DNA of 61,390 nucleotides from an uncultured virus (IMG/VR IMGVR_UViG_3300050821_007029) (lineage: Duplodnaviria; Heunggongvirae; Uroviricota; Caudoviricetes): IMG/VR virus record IMGVR_UViG_3300050821_007029, one strand, 5' to 3'. The position numbers were made by a program, and so were the translations under genes. Below, piece by piece: positions 7,886 through 16,874 of the stretch. Below the pieces are notes generated by a model, which saw only the letters and a program-made list of their open reading frames with translations, did no database searches and was not told where the DNA came from. Numbering within the stretch: position 1 is the stretch's first letter; each line of letters begins with the position of its first letter.

Positions 7886-9009
7886 GGGTTAACGGTAATG
7901 GCCGCGGCGAGGCGGCTGCCAGGTGTGGCGCCGACGGCGAGCTGCGCGGTGAAGGGCTTCACCTTCGGCGAACTCGTGTCCGACGCGGTGACGGCCGCGA
8001 CGGCCGCCGCCGCGCTGGCGGGTTTCACGGTGGCCGTCCGGCCGCCGGGGGCGATGGTGGTGGTGACGGGCCCGGTGAACGCCCAGCTGATCGTGTCGCC
8101 TGTCACGTCTCCGTGGTCGTCCTTTGGCGCGAGGGTGACGGTGGCGGTCTGCGCCGCGGTCATGAGCGTGTTGCCTGGCTGAGCGCCCATGACTTCCTGC
8201 CACAGGGTTTTCAGCAGAGCCGCGCGGGGGTCGGTGGGCCCGGTGATGGTGTTCGGGTGCGGCGGCGCGGCGGAGGGGTCGCCGTTGTACCACATGACGT
8301 CCGACACGGGCAGCCCAGCGGCGAGGCGGCCCGTGAGGAACGTGGTGACGTAGCTGAGGTAGGCGGTCAGCTGCGCCGTGGTGGGTGTGCCACCGGAGGC
8401 GGAGTTGCCGAGTTCGCCGATCCCGACGGGCAGCGGTGGGCTGGACTGGGCGGCGAGGGACGCGAGGGTGGCGAGGGTGGTGCCGGAGTCGTACGCGGTG
8501 CAGTACAGGTCCGCGGCGACGACGTCGCAGGATCCGCTGGGGAACCAGGAAGCCCACGCGGCTTCGCCCGCGCCGCCGGACGCGTCGTAGACGACGTCGA
8601 CACCGAGGGCGTGGAGAGCCGGGTAGTAGTAGGCGAACCCGGCTTTGCACGTGGCCGCGGACATGCCGGTGATGGTCTGGACTTCCTGCCACAGCACCAC
8701 CCGCACCCTGGCGCCCGCGTTCAGGAACGCTTCAACGGAGACGGCGAGGGAGCTGGCGTCGGCGGGGGTGCCGGGGAACGTGGGCTGGTAACACAGCCAC
8801 AGTGTGCAGCCCGCTCCGATGAGTTCAGCGACGTCGGCGGCTGGTGTGGTGGGGTACTGGGCTGGCTTGAAGTAGATCTTCTGCGCGGAGCGGGCCAGCG
8901 GCGCGCCGACGTAGCCGTCGAGGATGTCGGCGGTGGCGAGAACATCGGTGGTCCCCGTGTAGACGCCCTCTTTCGAGGTGGCGCCTACACGGGGAACCGG
9001 GCCGGTCAG
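7882..9009 (-). CDS. GH26-like (clan GH-A) glycoside hydrolase domain plus a C-terminal Ig-like domain; probable CTG start
   Basis: The frame is open well upstream of the track's GTG 8706. GGGAG RBS 6 nt before CTG 9009. VVLWQE and LPVGIGELG provide two candidate catalytic Glu. Paralogous to the N-terminus of 13866-16670. Confidence 0.65.
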   Translation of the reverse strand: MTGPVPRVGATSKEGVYTGTTDVLATADILDGYVGAPLARSAQKIYFKPAQYPTTPAADVAELIGAGCTLWLCYQPTFPGTPADASSLAVSVEAFLNAGARVRVVLWQEVQTITGMSAATCKAGFAYYYPALHALGVDVVYDASGGAGEAAWASWFPSGSCDVVAADLYCTAYDSGTTLATLASLAAQSSPPLPVGIGELGNSASGGTPTTAQLTAYLSYVTTFLTGRLAAGLPVSDVMWYNGDPSAAPPHPNTITGPTDPRAALLKTLWQEVMGAQPGNTLMTAAQTATVTLAPKDDHGDVTGDTISWAFTGPVTTTIAPGGRTATVKPASAAAAVAAVTASDTSSPKVKPFTAQLAVGATPGSRLAAAITVNP

Positions 9010-9022
9010 CTGGAACTCCCGG

Positions 9023-9517
9023 TCAGGGGGTGACGGTGATGTTGCCGACGAGCTGGCTGGTGGCCCCGGCGGTGACGTCGAGGGTGAACACCGTCGGCGA
9101 AAGCGTCGGTGACGACGGGTCGGTGCCAGTGATCGTCACGGTGCCTTCCGCGACCGGCACGAGGGTGACGGTGTGGGTGTCGGCGCTGACGGTCGGGGTG
9201 ACGACAGCGCCGTTGTCGCTGAACGTCCACGTGACCTGGTCCGGCGTCACATCGCCGTGGTCGTCCTCGGGCAGCAGGGTGATGACCGCGTTGGTGTTGT
9301 CGACCGTCATCTGCGCGCTGGTGGCCATGCTTTCTCCTTCAGTGGTGACCGACATGATCGGCCCGTGGGGGCCGTTGATGGTGAGCGACGCGGTGAACCG
9401 CGGCACGACCAGGGCGCGGAGCTCCTGGTAGAACTGCGCCACCGCCGTAGGCGGCGCGGAGCCGTCAGCGGCGAAGCCAGCGGCGATGAGAGCGGCCGCG
9501 TCCAGGCGGCCGCTCAA
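9023..9517 (-). CDS. Ig-like beta-sandwich protein (likely start ATG 9328)
   Basis: Thr/Val-rich beta protein. GAAGGAG RBS before ATG 9328. Shares DDHGDVT with the C-terminus of the adjacent gene. Confidence 0.7.
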   Translation of the reverse strand: MSGRLDAAALIAAGFAADGSAPPTAVAQFYQELRALVVPRFTASLTINGPHGPIMSVTTEGESMATSAQMTVDNTNAVITLLPEDDHGDVTPDQVTWTFSDNGAVVTPTVSADTHTVTLVPVAEGTVTITGTDPSSPTLSPTVFTLDVTAGATSQLVGNITVTP

Positions 9518-9613
9518 CTGGTTCCCTCAGCGGGGCTGAGTTCCGGGCCCACGCGGCCTCCTCGGGATTGGCTTCAGGGGCACCACGCGTGACGCTACAC
9601 CACACCAGGCCGC

Positions 9614-9988
9614 TCAGCGGAGCGGGTCGTGGTAGATCGCCGCCCACTTCACCAGCAGCGGCGATGGCGGCGGCAGCGTCCCCGGGCAATCCTGCCCGGT
9701 GAACGCCACACGGCCGCCAGCGAGGATCCCCACTCCCAGTTTCGACGGCTTCGACGTCCCGGGGACCTGGGTCAGGGGGAACCCAGCCAGGCTGCCGTAG
9801 AACTGACACGACGCGGTCAGTCTCTGATCGTCAATGGAAAGACGGTGCTGCTGCGCGATCAGGACGGCGGCGGCGGCCAGCAGCCCTAGCGTGAAAAGAG
9901 CCGCCAGGACGCCCACGGTGATCCACCGCAGACGGTGCCATTGCTGCACGGCGGCTTTCAGGCTCGCGTCAGCGTTGCCCGCGTTCAC
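9614..9988 (-). CDS. membrane protein, lysis region
   Basis: One long TM helix followed by a Cys-containing soluble part; coupled to the upstream gene. Confidence 0.65.
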   Translation of the reverse strand: MNAGNADASLKAAVQQWHRLRWITVGVLAALFTLGLLAAAAVLIAQQHRLSIDDQRLTASCQFYGSLAGFPLTQVPGTSKPSKLGVGILAGGRVAFTGQDCPGTLPPPSPLLVKWAAIYHDPLR

Positions 9989-10422
9989 CCCGGCGGCTTC
10001 CCAGCCATGGAATCCATCCTGGCCTGAATTGTGCTGAGAGTCTCGGCTATCTGGGTGATTGTCTCCGCCATAGCCTCGATCGCCGACTTCCCCGTGGCGA
10101 GGTCCTGCAGGACACTGACGCGGCCCTGCAGGTCACGGATCATCTGCTTGTCCTGCTCACCTTCCTGCTGGAGCGCCTCGATCCGCCCGTTCTGCTCATC
10201 GATGCGTTCCTTCTGCGTGTTGATAAGCGCGGCCTGGTCGGCGACGACCTGTGTGTGCCGCGCCACCCGCCACGACCCCGCGACGACACCCGTGACGGTG
10301 ACCAGGCCGGCGAGGATCGCGAAGAACTCCAGCACCCCCCCCAGGGTGATCAGCCCGGGCGGCTGGTGAGCGAGCGCCACGATGATCACGTAAGTGATCT
10401 TAGGGTGCGGCTGGCGGTTCAC
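9985..10422 (-). CDS. membrane-anchored coiled-coil protein (holin-associated candidate)
   Basis: TM segment followed by a heptad-rich region (QKERIDEQNGRIEALQQ). Confidence 0.7.
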   Translation of the reverse strand: MNRQPHPKITYVIIVALAHQPPGLITLGGVLEFFAILAGLVTVTGVVAGSWRVARHTQVVADQAALINTQKERIDEQNGRIEALQQEGEQDKQMIRDLQGRVSVLQDLATGKSAIEAMAETITQIAETLSTIQARMDSMAGKPPG

Positions 10423-10449
10423 CCCCAGATCGGGCCGCGGCGCGCGAGG

Positions 10450-11073
10450 TCACGTTCCTGGCCGCCGCGTCTGCCCCCGGTCCCGCAGGGCCGCTGACAA
10501 CTCCATGATCCTGGCGCTGGTGGCCTCGATCGCCGCCAGGGCCTCCACCGTGGGCTCACGGCCCGCCTGCCGGTTGAGTTCCACCACTTCCCGCATCATC
10601 GCCAGCTCCCGGCGTGTGGCGTCGAGTTCCGCCTGCATCGCCGCGGTCATGCTGGAGTTCACCAGGTCGTGGATCACACCCAGTTTGCCGCTGATCCCCG
10701 CCGAGGTGCGTTCCACGAGCTCGTTGTTCTCCAGCAGCAGCCGCGCCGCTTCCTCGGCCTGCACCCGCGCGTCTTCCGCGTGGGCGGCGACCTGCTCCTG
10801 TGATTCCAGCAGCAGCCGCGCCGCCTCAGCCGCCTGTTCCGCCACCGCGGCCGCGGCTTCACGTGCCTTGTCCGACGCCTCAGCGGCGTCAGCGGCGACC
10901 TTGTCCTGCCGCGCGTAGTCGGCCTTGCGGTCCTCACGGTGCATCCGCTCGGTGCGGGCGGCGAGGATCAGCGGGGCGGTGACACTGCTGAACAGCACCA
11001 CCGCGACCACCTCGACGAGCGGCGCGGCCGCGTGAAGCTGCGAGACTAGGCCCCCAGCCTCGAGGACTCCCAT
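10450..11073 (-). CDS. membrane-anchored coiled-coil protein
   Basis: N-terminal TM, Ala/Glu coiled coil with repeated AEEAARLLLE, and an IHDLVNSSMT motif. Confidence 0.7.
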   Translation of the reverse strand: MGVLEAGGLVSQLHAAAPLVEVVAVVLFSSVTAPLILAARTERMHREDRKADYARQDKVAADAAEASDKAREAAAAVAEQAAEAARLLLESQEQVAAHAEDARVQAEEAARLLLENNELVERTSAGISGKLGVIHDLVNSSMTAAMQAELDATRRELAMMREVVELNRQAGREPTVEALAAIEATSARIMELSAALRDRGQTRRPGT

Positions 11074-11084
11074 AATGCGTAGCC

Positions 11085-11636
11085 TTAAGGTGACGTCTTC
11101 ACTCCGGCGTTGAGCATGTGTGCGTGGATCATGTCGATCCGGGCGCGGGCCTCGGCGGCGACATGAGGATCACGGATCACGGTCATCTGGTTGTCCTGCA
11201 ATGTCTCGCCGCTGGTGGACCAGTTCGTTGAGCCGGTGACGACATCCACCCCATCGACAAGGACCATTTTCATGTGCATGATGGCGCCCCGTTCGCTGCG
11301 GCCCACCGCGACAGAGTTCGACGGCAGGACGTCTTTCGCGAGCAGCGCCGCCTCATGCTTCCCCGACGCCTGCGACGAGTCGAGAGTGAGTTGCACGAAC
11401 ACGTTCTCGTCGTCGAGTTTCTCCAGCAGCGCCGCCGCGAGATCATCGTCGTCGTAGCCGTACATCGCGCAAACGAGGCTGCGGTTCGCGGATTTCACCA
11501 GCGCGACGAGTGCACCGTGAACGTCGTCGACCGGGGAGTAGAACGTCGGCGTGGACTCCTCGGGGTAGCCGGGAGCGAAACCGCCGGTCTTGAACTGCGC
11601 CAGTTGCGTGAGACTGTCGAGGGCCATGTGATCCAC
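11085..11636 (-). CDS. phospholipase D-superfamily protein (single HKD, Nuc-like)
   Basis: HMKMVLVD followed by TGSTNWS...QDN; AMYGY motif. Probable leaderless start at the second Met (MALDS). Confidence 0.88.
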   Translation of the reverse strand: MDHMALDSLTQLAQFKTGGFAPGYPEESTPTFYSPVDDVHGALVALVKSANRSLVCAMYGYDDDDLAAALLEKLDDENVFVQLTLDSSQASGKHEAALLAKDVLPSNSVAVGRSERGAIMHMKMVLVDGVDVVTGSTNWSTSGETLQDNQMTVIRDPHVAAEARARIDMIHAHMLNAGVKTSP

Positions 11637-11719
11637 GATAACCCTGGGGGCCGTGGTTCAGGTTTGGCGCTCCGTCAAGGCCCGGGCCAGTTCGGCCGCC
11701 ACCCGCGCGGTATGCGGCG

Positions 11720-11899
11720 TCACGTGTCGTCCAGGTCGAGGATGTGCGCGAGGGCGTAGTGGCCCCGGTACCCAGCCATCGTCCAGAAGCGGCGCCCGCA
11801 GTGGCAGTGCTTGCGGACGCCGTAGAACGGCACCGGGATCGCTGGCACCCACACGCCGGCCCGGTTAGTGGCCTGGACGTCACCGGCTGAGCCCGCCAT
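11720..11899 (-). CDS. small C2H2-type zinc-finger protein
   Basis: CHCGRRF..MAGYRGHYALAH. Confidence 0.5.
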   Translation of the reverse strand: MAGSAGDVQATNRAGVWVPAIPVPFYGVRKHCHCGRRFWTMAGYRGHYALAHILDLDDT

Positions 11900-11934
11900 C
11901 AGCCGCTGACCTGAGCCGGAGTGGCCGCGGCGCA

Positions 11935-12171
11935 TCAGCCCACGCCGGTGGTGAACAGCACCGCGAGTTCCCGCTCCACGACGGTGAACGCCTTCTCCGC
12001 CGCGGCGATCTCCGCGGGGGAGAGGTTCTCCAGGTCGTGGGTCACCTCCGCGCGGGCCCTGTCGACGGCTTCGGAGACGAGGGCGTGGGCGTGCTCGACG
12101 GCCTTGGTGACGGCGCTGTCCGCGCCGCCGAACAGGTCCTTGATGCGCTGCCAGATGGTGACGCTGCCCAT
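11935..12171 (-). CDS. hypothetical helical protein
   Basis: 78 aa; GGAAGGA RBS. Confidence 0.6.
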   Translation of the reverse strand: MGSVTIWQRIKDLFGGADSAVTKAVEHAHALVSEAVDRARAEVTHDLENLSPAEIAAAEKAFTVVERELAVLFTTGVG

Positions 12172-12189
12172 ATCGGGTTCCTTCCGGTC

Positions 12190-12711
12190 CTAGTGGTAGC
12201 CGGCGCGCTCGGCGAGCATCGCCGGGGTGACGTAGCCGTCCCATTCTCCAGGGAACAGGTGTATCCCCGCGGCGTCGTAACAGGCCGCCACCAGCGCCGA
12301 GCAGATTTCATGATGTGTGCTGGCGATGTAGGACCGCAGCCCGGGGAACGGGATGTGGAGACGCCGCAGCGCGAGCGCGAGGTAATCAGCCCATGAGTAC
12401 GGAGTCTTGCTCAGGGCGAAGCCCAGCGCCACGGCAGCGATCTCTTCCCGCTGCGCGGTGGTGAGTTCCAGGCCGAGACGCCCGGTGGACCACACCACCG
12501 GGGCGCCGGGCACGGCGACTTCCCGGGCGCCACCAGGCTCAGCCTCCACCACCCGCAGCGGGTGAACCGAGGTGACCACGAACGCGTGATCCCAGCGTGT
12601 GAAACCGTCCCCATTCAGCCACTCGAGGAAGCTGACGAGCGGGCCGGTGGGACCGCCGATGGGGCAGCAGCCGTAGTCGCCCAGTTGGGGGTGAACCGGT
12701 GGGGCCGTCAT
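12190..12711 (-). CDS. permuted papain-like (YiiX/YebB, NlpC/P60-related) amidase/peptidase
   Basis: His precedes Cys: WDHAFVV ... TPYSW ... ICSALVAACY ... VTPAML. This is the 3' part of track ORF 12190..13584. Confidence 0.75.
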   Translation of the reverse strand: MTAPPVHPQLGDYGCCPIGGPTGPLVSFLEWLNGDGFTRWDHAFVVTSVHPLRVVEAEPGGAREVAVPGAPVVWSTGRLGLELTTAQREEIAAVALGFALSKTPYSWADYLALALRRLHIPFPGLRSYIASTHHEICSALVAACYDAAGIHLFPGEWDGYVTPAMLAERAGYH

Positions 12712-12730
12712 CAGAGTTGCGGGGGTTTGC

Positions 12731-13564
12731 TCATTGGACGGACTTCCAGCGGATCCCGGCGCGGAGCTTCCCGGAGGTGAGACCGGGGACGTCGCCGCCG
12801 AGTTTCTCCTGCTCGGCCAGCCACTCCGGGGCGCTTTCGTTGCGGCTCGCGGAGAGCGACCCGATCGTGTCGTGGCGCCTGGTGAGGTGCGTGTAGGGCG
12901 GCCCCGCGGCGGCCGCCTGGAAGCTGGCGATCCACGCGTCGAGCTGCGCGACGGTGCCGTTGAACGCGTCCGCGTCGTCGCCGTTCCGCAGCCCCCACTG
13001 CCAGAAGTCCCATTCCACCCACGGCGGCGGTGGGGTGGGGGCGGTCGCGGACGGGTAGGCGAGCCACAGGGCGTAGCCGCCGAGGCCAGCGCAGCCGCCG
13101 TCGCGGGCGAAATTGATGAACGTGTACACGCCGTGGGGGTTGTGGGGGCGCAGGGTGGCGAGTTCAGCCATGAACGCCCGCGCGCACGCCGCCGCCTGCG
13201 GATAACCACCGGACCCGAGGGTTTCGTTGTCGCAGAACAGCATGTCCGTGTCGACGAGCCCAAGGCCGGCGAGGGTGTCCACCATGTAGCGGGCCTGCGC
13301 GGCGCCGTCAAGTTCGGGGTCGAGGAAGTGGTAGGCGCCCCGGTGGAGGCCGGCGTCGCGGATCGCGTCGTGGTTGTAGAAATCGTCGGGGTCGGGGCTG
13401 TTGGTTCCGGTGCCGCCGAGGCCCTGGGTGACGCGGTAGATCCCGCCGCAGATCCCCGCCTTGGCGGCGGCGCTCCAATCGAGATGTCCCTGATAGTTCG
13501 ACACGTCGAGCAGCTGCGCTGACTGGACGCCGTCAAGTGGATGGTAGAGGCGGATCTCACCCAT
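12731..13564 (-). CDS. endolysin, GH25 muramidase with a degenerate LysM-like C-terminus
   Basis: DVSNYQG, GAYHF, CDNE (DxE), LWLAY, FWQW and DADAFNG motifs. GGGGAGG RBS before ATG 13564. Confidence 0.9.
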   Translation of the reverse strand: MGEIRLYHPLDGVQSAQLLDVSNYQGHLDWSAAAKAGICGGIYRVTQGLGGTGTNSPDPDDFYNHDAIRDAGLHRGAYHFLDPELDGAAQARYMVDTLAGLGLVDTDMLFCDNETLGSGGYPQAAACARAFMAELATLRPHNPHGVYTFINFARDGGCAGLGGYALWLAYPSATAPTPPPPWVEWDFWQWGLRNGDDADAFNGTVAQLDAWIASFQAAAAGPPYTHLTRRHDTIGSLSASRNESAPEWLAEQEKLGGDVPGLTSGKLRAGIRWKSVQ

Positions 13565-13605
13565 GCGACCTCCCCTGTGGCCACGGAGTGGCCTGTAGCT
13601 GGATA

Positions 13606-13851
13606 CTACGCCGGGGGCGTGACAGGTGCCGTGAGCTGAGTCGCGCCGACGTTCCGCATCGGCAGCGCGTACACCTGCCCAGCGGTGTCGGTGAACTGAA
13701 CCCATGGCTCACCCGAGGTGAGGGTCTCATCGGTGACGGGGTCGGTGAACTGGGGGTCGAGGATCGCGCCGAGGCTTGTGCCGGGCTGGATCGAATGCCA
13801 TGTGCTGTCGGGCAGCAGCACCGCGGTCGCGGCGGCGAGGCTGATCGCCAT
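13606..13851 (-). CDS. hypothetical protein
   Basis: AAGGAAG RBS before ATG 13851 (MAISLAAATAVLLPD). Confidence 0.6.
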   Translation of the reverse strand: MAISLAAATAVLLPDSTWHSIQPGTSLGAILDPQFTDPVTDETLTSGEPWVQFTDTAGQVYALPMRNVGATQLTAPVTPPA

Positions 13852-13865
13852 ATGTGATCGCTTCC

Positions 13866-16670
13866 TTACTGGGTTTCGAGGCGGCGCAGGCGGCGGAGCA
13901 TCTTCGGGATCTGCTGGTAGATGCGCCACGGCACCCGGCCGATGGTGAGGGTGAGTGTCTCACGGCCGTCGGCGGACACGTCGAACTCCATCTCGGACAC
14001 CTGCAGCTGGACGTTGACCTGCAAGCGGCCTGAGCTGATCTGGATGGTGACGGTGTCCCGCAGCCAGATATGCGACGGCCCCCGCCACGCGCCGGGGTAG
14101 AGGACGACGGTGTAGGTGGGGGTGACGACCTGCGCGTCGTTGAGGAACCACTGCGCCGCGGCGGCGAGCGCGCCGGAGGTGGTGATGGACGTGCCGATGA
14201 CGAGGTCCCACAGTCCCTGCGGCAGGACACCCACGTTGGGGACGGTGATCAGCTGCGGGGTGAGACTCGACCCGGAGTTCCCCGTGACGTACACCTCGTC
14301 GCCGTAGGTGGAGGGGTCCACCACGCGGGTGATGGAGCTCACTTGGGCGTCGCCGGGGGTGAACACGACACCCTTGTTGACACCCGGCGGGTAGAACAGG
14401 TCGAGGCGCAGGTCGTCGGGAGCGTAAGGGGTGATATCCCAGTCGAACCCCGACGCGAACGGCGGCAGCCCGGTGTCCCCGGCGCCGGTGACCATCTGCG
14501 CGATGGTGTCGATGTCCGCGCCAGCGTAGTCACCGGCGGCGGCGTTGAATGTCTGCGTGCCACCGGAGGACTGCCCGGCGCCGCGGGTGATGCCGAGGTT
14601 CCCGCCGGCGCGGGCCTGCGCGAGCTGCACCAGGTTCCACGCCATCAGCGCCGGGTCGACCGAGGTGTAGTTCGCGGCGGCGACAAGGGCGCGGCGGCGC
14701 AGGATTTCCTTGTAGTCCAGGGCGGTGAGGGTGACACGGTGGCCGGTGTTGTCGAGGGTGTCCTGGGTGGGCGCGAGACGCCCGGCGAACAGCAGCACGT
14801 CGCCGTACATGACCTGGAAGTCGGTTTCGAGTTCGGTGATCTCGTTGGGGGTGAGGTCGGTGCCGAGCATGTCGATGTCGCATTGGTGGTAGGTGGTGGG
14901 CCCGGCGCGCATCGTCAGGACCCTGGACTGAGCCTGGACGAACTCCCCGGCCCAGCCGCCGGCGGGCTGCGGCGCCCCCCACAGGAACCGCCATGGGGTG
15001 ACCGGCACCAGCGACGGGTACACCTGCGACGGTGGCGGCGGCGGCGGTGGCGGGGGTGGCGGGATGATGGAGGAGCCGCCGTAGATGTCCTGGTAGGTGT
15101 CCAGGTACACGTCGGGGGACACACCCCCGGTGGGGCCGCTGACACCAAGGGCGGGGATTTCGATGGCGATTCCCGCGCCCCACGCGGTGCCGCCGTCGTA
15201 GGCGGGCCACGACGCCGACGGCGACGCTGACCCGTATTCGGTGAGGACGTACGCGTACTGTGTGGCGGCCGCCGATCCCAGGGCGGTCATGCCCGCCCCG
15301 GCGGTCAGCCCCGTCGCGCTGGTGCCCTGCGCGCCGAAGAACCCGTAGCTTACGTCACCGGTCTGGACGGTTGACAGGGTGCCTGTCTGCGCGGTGGCGG
15401 TCCCCGACGTCACCGCCGCGGTCTGGGGGAGGGTGCCGGTGGACAGCCCTGGGTCGGCGCCGGCGACCTGGTCGAGTGCCCACCCGGCGGAGGTCACGAC
15501 AGGCACGGGGCCGAACGTGATGGTGGTCACGCCAGCGGTGCCGCCGGTGCCCGCGGCGGCGAACAGGAACAGTTTCGACTGCCTGGGGCCGCCCGTCCCG
15601 TATGGTTTCGACGCGATCAGCTGCCAGGTGAGGCCGTTGCCGGTCACGACCGGCACCGGCGGTGGTGTGGCCGCTACCGCGGTGGCGTTGACCCCGAGGA
15701 GGTACTGGTCGGTGGTGACAGGTGTCCACGACGCCGTCTGCCAGGTGTTCTGGGTGACGGCGTCGTAGGTGGCGCCGTACAGCGGCGCCCGGTAGTCCGA
15801 ACTGGTGAGGATCGGTGAGGTGAGGGAACCGCTGGTGGGGGAGCAGCCCTGGTACCAGGCGACACCGAACGTGGATTTCCCCGCCGCCGCCCGCGCCTGC
15901 GCGAACGACGACACGTAGTTCATGTAGGTGGTGATCTGCGCCTGCGTGTAGGAAGTGATCGGCGCGCCGTATTCGAACACGCCAAACGGCAGGCTCGCGG
16001 CGTCGGCGATCGCGGACGCGTCAGTGATCAGGTTCGGGGTGGAACGCAGGTATTCGGTGGCGTAGTAGTCGATCGCCAGCCCGTCAGGCGGGTAGGCGGA
16101 GTCGCCGGGGACTCCGCTGATGAGGGCGTTGGCATAGTCGGTGAACGGATGCTCGGCGAGGCTTGGGGTGGAGTACGACAGGTCCGCCCACAGCTGGTAG
16201 TAGGCGCGGACAGTGGGGCCGTAATACTTGTGCATGTCGAGGTACTGCTGCGGCGTCATGTTGTTCGCCGCGGACCCCGCTTCCTGCCACAAGACGACGA
16301 TCGCGTCGAGGTACAGGGTGTTCTTGCAGTAGTTCAGGAACGTGCCCAGCGAGCTCAGGTCGCCGCTGCTGGTCGGGTTGAACGCCGGCTGCAGGCACAG
16401 GATGACCTTGGTGCCGAACGCGGCGTAGTTCGCCAGGTCGTTCTTGGTGGTGTCGAAGTTCGAGGTGCCCCAGAATTTCTTCGTCAGCGCGAGGTGGGTG
16501 CCGTTGACGGCGCGGGCGACGGCGGCGGTGAGGATCGTGTCGGCCTGCGCCTGGGTGTCACCGGACCATGGGCATCCCTGGCTGGGTGAAAGGGACAGGT
16601 TGGAGATGGTCCCGCCGGTGAGGGTGGCGCGGGATCCTCCGGTGAGGACGCTGGTGAGGGTGAGTGACAC
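13866..16670 (-). CDS. minor tail/baseplate hub-like protein with an N-terminal glycoside-hydrolase-like domain
   Basis: The C-terminal ~380 aa resemble siphovirus hub/Gp37-like proteins (LLFAGR, VTLTALDYKEILRRR, LRDTVTIQI). The N-terminus has VVLWQE and LPFGVFEYG. Poly-Pro linker in between. Confidence 0.75.
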   Translation of the reverse strand: MSLTLTSVLTGGSRATLTGGTISNLSLSPSQGCPWSGDTQAQADTILTAAVARAVNGTHLALTKKFWGTSNFDTTKNDLANYAAFGTKVILCLQPAFNPTSSGDLSSLGTFLNYCKNTLYLDAIVVLWQEAGSAANNMTPQQYLDMHKYYGPTVRAYYQLWADLSYSTPSLAEHPFTDYANALISGVPGDSAYPPDGLAIDYYATEYLRSTPNLITDASAIADAASLPFGVFEYGAPITSYTQAQITTYMNYVSSFAQARAAAGKSTFGVAWYQGCSPTSGSLTSPILTSSDYRAPLYGATYDAVTQNTWQTASWTPVTTDQYLLGVNATAVAATPPPVPVVTGNGLTWQLIASKPYGTGGPRQSKLFLFAAAGTGGTAGVTTITFGPVPVVTSAGWALDQVAGADPGLSTGTLPQTAAVTSGTATAQTGTLSTVQTGDVSYGFFGAQGTSATGLTAGAGMTALGSAAATQYAYVLTEYGSASPSASWPAYDGGTAWGAGIAIEIPALGVSGPTGGVSPDVYLDTYQDIYGGSSIIPPPPPPPPPPPSQVYPSLVPVTPWRFLWGAPQPAGGWAGEFVQAQSRVLTMRAGPTTYHQCDIDMLGTDLTPNEITELETDFQVMYGDVLLFAGRLAPTQDTLDNTGHRVTLTALDYKEILRRRALVAAANYTSVDPALMAWNLVQLAQARAGGNLGITRGAGQSSGGTQTFNAAAGDYAGADIDTIAQMVTGAGDTGLPPFASGFDWDITPYAPDDLRLDLFYPPGVNKGVVFTPGDAQVSSITRVVDPSTYGDEVYVTGNSGSSLTPQLITVPNVGVLPQGLWDLVIGTSITTSGALAAAAQWFLNDAQVVTPTYTVVLYPGAWRGPSHIWLRDTVTIQISSGRLQVNVQLQVSEMEFDVSADGRETLTLTIGRVPWRIYQQIPKMLRRLRRLETQ

Positions 16671-16679
16671 GGCGGCCCG

Positions 16680-16874
16680 TCAGAAGACGCGCCCGTAGGC
16701 GTTGTAGTTCGCCGACGCGGTGAACCCCGTCAGGGTGCTGCTCACCGCTGGTGGGGTGCCAGCGGCCCCCGATGGGGTCCAGGAACCGGTGCCGCAGATG
16801 ATCGGCGTGACACCGGTCAGGTTGGTGACGAGGGCCTCATCACCGGCGAACGTGGGCATCGCCGCGCCGGTCAT
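16680..16874 (-). CDS. small tail-associated protein
   Basis: ATGA overlap with the upstream tail gene; Thr/Gly-rich. Confidence 0.55.
   Translation of the reverse strand: MTGAAMPTFAGDEALVTNLTGVTPIICGTGSWTPSGAAGTPPAVSSTLTGFTASANYNAYGRVF

Noticed and set aside
12712..13584. N-terminal 291 aa of track ORF 12190..13584
   Set aside because: It overlaps the GH25 lysin in another frame and is low-complexity. Only the part from ATG 12711 looks real.
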